The position numbers were made by a program, and so were the translations under genes. A DNA stretch of 63,333 nucleotides, filler included, from Folioceros fuciformis (Eukaryota), in assembly GCA_049999805.1 (NCBI GenBank). It is 15 parts of 15 records of this genome, joined end to end, with 100 filler letters (N's around TTAATTAATTAA, not from the genome) between each part and the next. Parts side by side here need not be neighbours in the genome. Positions count along the whole stretch, not along the records: positions 61,276 to 63,333 come from JBNGIO010001783.1; 14 more parts are not named here. One strand, given 5' to 3'. Positions 61,276 to 63,333 of this stretch are shown one piece after another (the first letter of the stretch is position 1; every line of letters begins with the position of its first letter). The notes under the pieces were generated by a model. That model searched no databases, was not told where the DNA came from, and worked only from the letters and a program-made list of their open reading frames with translations.

Positions 61276-63333
61276 CCTTGCATGTTGGTTAGGTGGTTGG
61301 GGTACCTTGACGTCCCGAAGGGGTTTCCAAGGCGACGGATTGCAGGGCTGTGGGCCCAGGAGGCCATCCAGCCTGGGTCTGCACATCCCTGCCTCAAGGG
61401 CTGCAAGTGAGGGGCTGCTGTGTTTTAAAATCCACGATTGAGACGTGATGGTGAAGGATTGAAGAGTTGGAGTGCTGGAGTGGAGGTTTGAAGTGCTGGA
61501 GAAATGCTGGAGTAAAGACTTGAAGTGCTGGAGTAGAGAGCTGTTGTGTTGAGGTGAGAAGCTTAGATGCTGAGGTTCTCAATCAGCTGCTGGGGTTGCT
61601 GGCATTTAGGGCTGAGAGTGGAGGTTGAGGCCAGGGCTGGAACCTCCTCCCAGTGGCTGAGGCGGCTAATACCTAGAGCTAGGAGTGGGAGTTGAAGATG
61701 ATGTTGAGTCCTCATTCAACTGGGGTTGTAGTTGGTGTTGAAGACAGGGTTCTGATCTTTTTGCTATAGTGTGGTTAGGTCTAGGGGCCGGCAGATAGGT
61801 AGGCTCAGATTAGGGCAAAGTGGGGGAGATTGTAGAAAACCTTGACACCGGTTCACTCCCTTGGGAGCGAATCCTAGTACTACGACGATAATAAGGGGGA
61901 AGTGTGGCCCTTGGTGGTTCTTGGGTGCAAGATCCACTCCACATTTTGGCGCCGTTGCCGGGGAGTGACATTGCTGTCAAGGTTGGAGAGGATTGACCTG
62001 GATAGGGGACTGTACAAGGGAGTGTGGCAGGGCTGATGGATGCCCCGCATAGGTGCTAAAGATTTCAACTCCAGCTGTGAAGAGGGAGCTAAGGCGGGCA
62101 CAACCTGGGCATACACCAGCGAGGAGGAGAGGGGCAAGCAACCAGCAGGCCGTGGGGGATTCAGTCACGTTGGGGCAAGACCCCCAACTGTCTACTGCGG
62201 GGGAGGGGCCTAAGTTAGGCCAACCTAACCCGAGCCTTCCCTTTGGCCCTCAACCTGGGCTTGTGCAGGTGCTTAGGAGTGTAGGAGCTGAAGGATTCAG
62301 CAACATCAGCCAAATTCCAGGGTCTGGAGCTGCTGAAACTGCAACTGCAGGAGGAAGTGCAAGCACCATGGCGACACCAGCTGTTGCAATGTCCACCAAG
62401 CAGCCGTACCCCTTGTATGGGGAGAAGAAGGGGTATGAGGACCCGGATGAATTTGTGGAGAGATTTGAACAGCTGATCCTTGCTAACCAGGAATCAGCGG
62501 ATGCACAGCGCGTCCAATCGTTCTATGGTGTACTGCGTGGAGGGCTTGCCAGGTGGTATAGGAGGGAGTACCTCAAGGCCGGCACATTTCCAGCAACTTT
62601 TGATGTGCTGAAGAGGGCCTTTTGTGAGCGGTTTAGGGGGATAGACGTAGAAGGCTACGTGCTGTCCAAGTTGGAGGCCTTGAGAAGGAGGAGGAAGGAG
62701 ACTTTACAGGCCTATGTGGAGGGGTTCCACAGCCTGCAAGATCGCTGTGGCCCCCATTCGGACTTGCAGGCCATTCGGTGGTTTGCTGGAGGCCTAGGAT
62801 CTAGGATGGGGGGCCACATGAAATTGTTTGCAGAGAAGGATGTGGATAGGGCTATCAAGGCAGCCCTCAACTACGAGGAGTCTCATCCTTGGGGCAAGGG
62901 GAAATCCAAGGAGAAGGAGAGAGTGAGGGAGAAGGATCAGAAGAAGAACAGGCCTAGGAAGGGGAAGAAGAAGAGGGAGTCATCCTCCTCGGATGAAGAT
63001 CCCTCCGAGGAGAGCAATTTTTCAGAAGAATCGACAGCAATGACCTCTTCATCTTTAGCGTAGAACAGCGGGGAGGAGGAGTCCTCGGAGGATGAGGCAA
63101 CCAAGAGAAGACGGAAGAAGAAGGAGCAAGCGGGGGTTAGAAGGAAGAAGGAGGCAAAGAAGGCCAAAGATCTGGCCAAGGCCAAACAAGAGGTGGCTAG
63201 TGCTAAGAGGGAGGTGGAGCAGGTCAAGAAAGAGGATGAGGCTGCAGCCAAGAAGGTGGAGCAGCAAGAGTCCAAGATGGAGGAGATGATGAGCAAGTTT
63301 GAGAAGTTTCATCTCCATGCAGTCAAGGAACAT
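61276..63333 (+). mobile_element. Athila-like Ty3/Gypsy element: 5' LTR to 61943, tRNA-Asp-type PBS 61947-61964, gag ORF from 62053 with a premature stop at 63061
   Basis: ccactccaCA ttt TGGCGCCGTTGCCGGGGA; gag motifs EDPDEFVERFE, LRGGLARWY, TFDVLKRAFCERF, ETLQAYVEGF, WFAGGL. Confidence 0.9.

Overview
Eukaryotic land-plant nuclear DNA from a draft scaffold. It is cut into 15 contigs by fourteen 100-bp artificial spacers (N-run + TTAATTAATTAA + N-run), so adjacency across gaps is not guaranteed. A DYW:KP-type PPR remnant suggests a hornwort, lycophyte or fern lineage (inference). The first ~14 kb is gene-rich: a 9-exon MEKK1-like MAPKKK, an intronless RPL37a, an LRR receptor-like gene and a USP-domain kinase gene (both cut by a gap), and a MASP1/ODA-LC1-like LRR gene. 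Most of the rest is nested, decayed retroelements (two Copia bodies, Athila-like Gypsy LTRs and gag, a ~290-bp LTR family, LINE and CRE-like fragments) and minisatellites, with one intact TBCE gene. The most notable observations are: (1) a short LTR family with non-canonical AG...CT termini in two divergent copies, each abutting a tRNA-Met PBS, one with a 5S-rRNA-like segment in its internal region; (2) a TSD-flanked 1.9-kb LTR-like unit carrying an intronless, internally deleted CCT5 fragment; (3) a collapsed PPR-DYW:KP (candidate U-to-C editing factor) pseudogene next to an OSB PDF-motif relic. All calls are from manual reading; no database searches were run.
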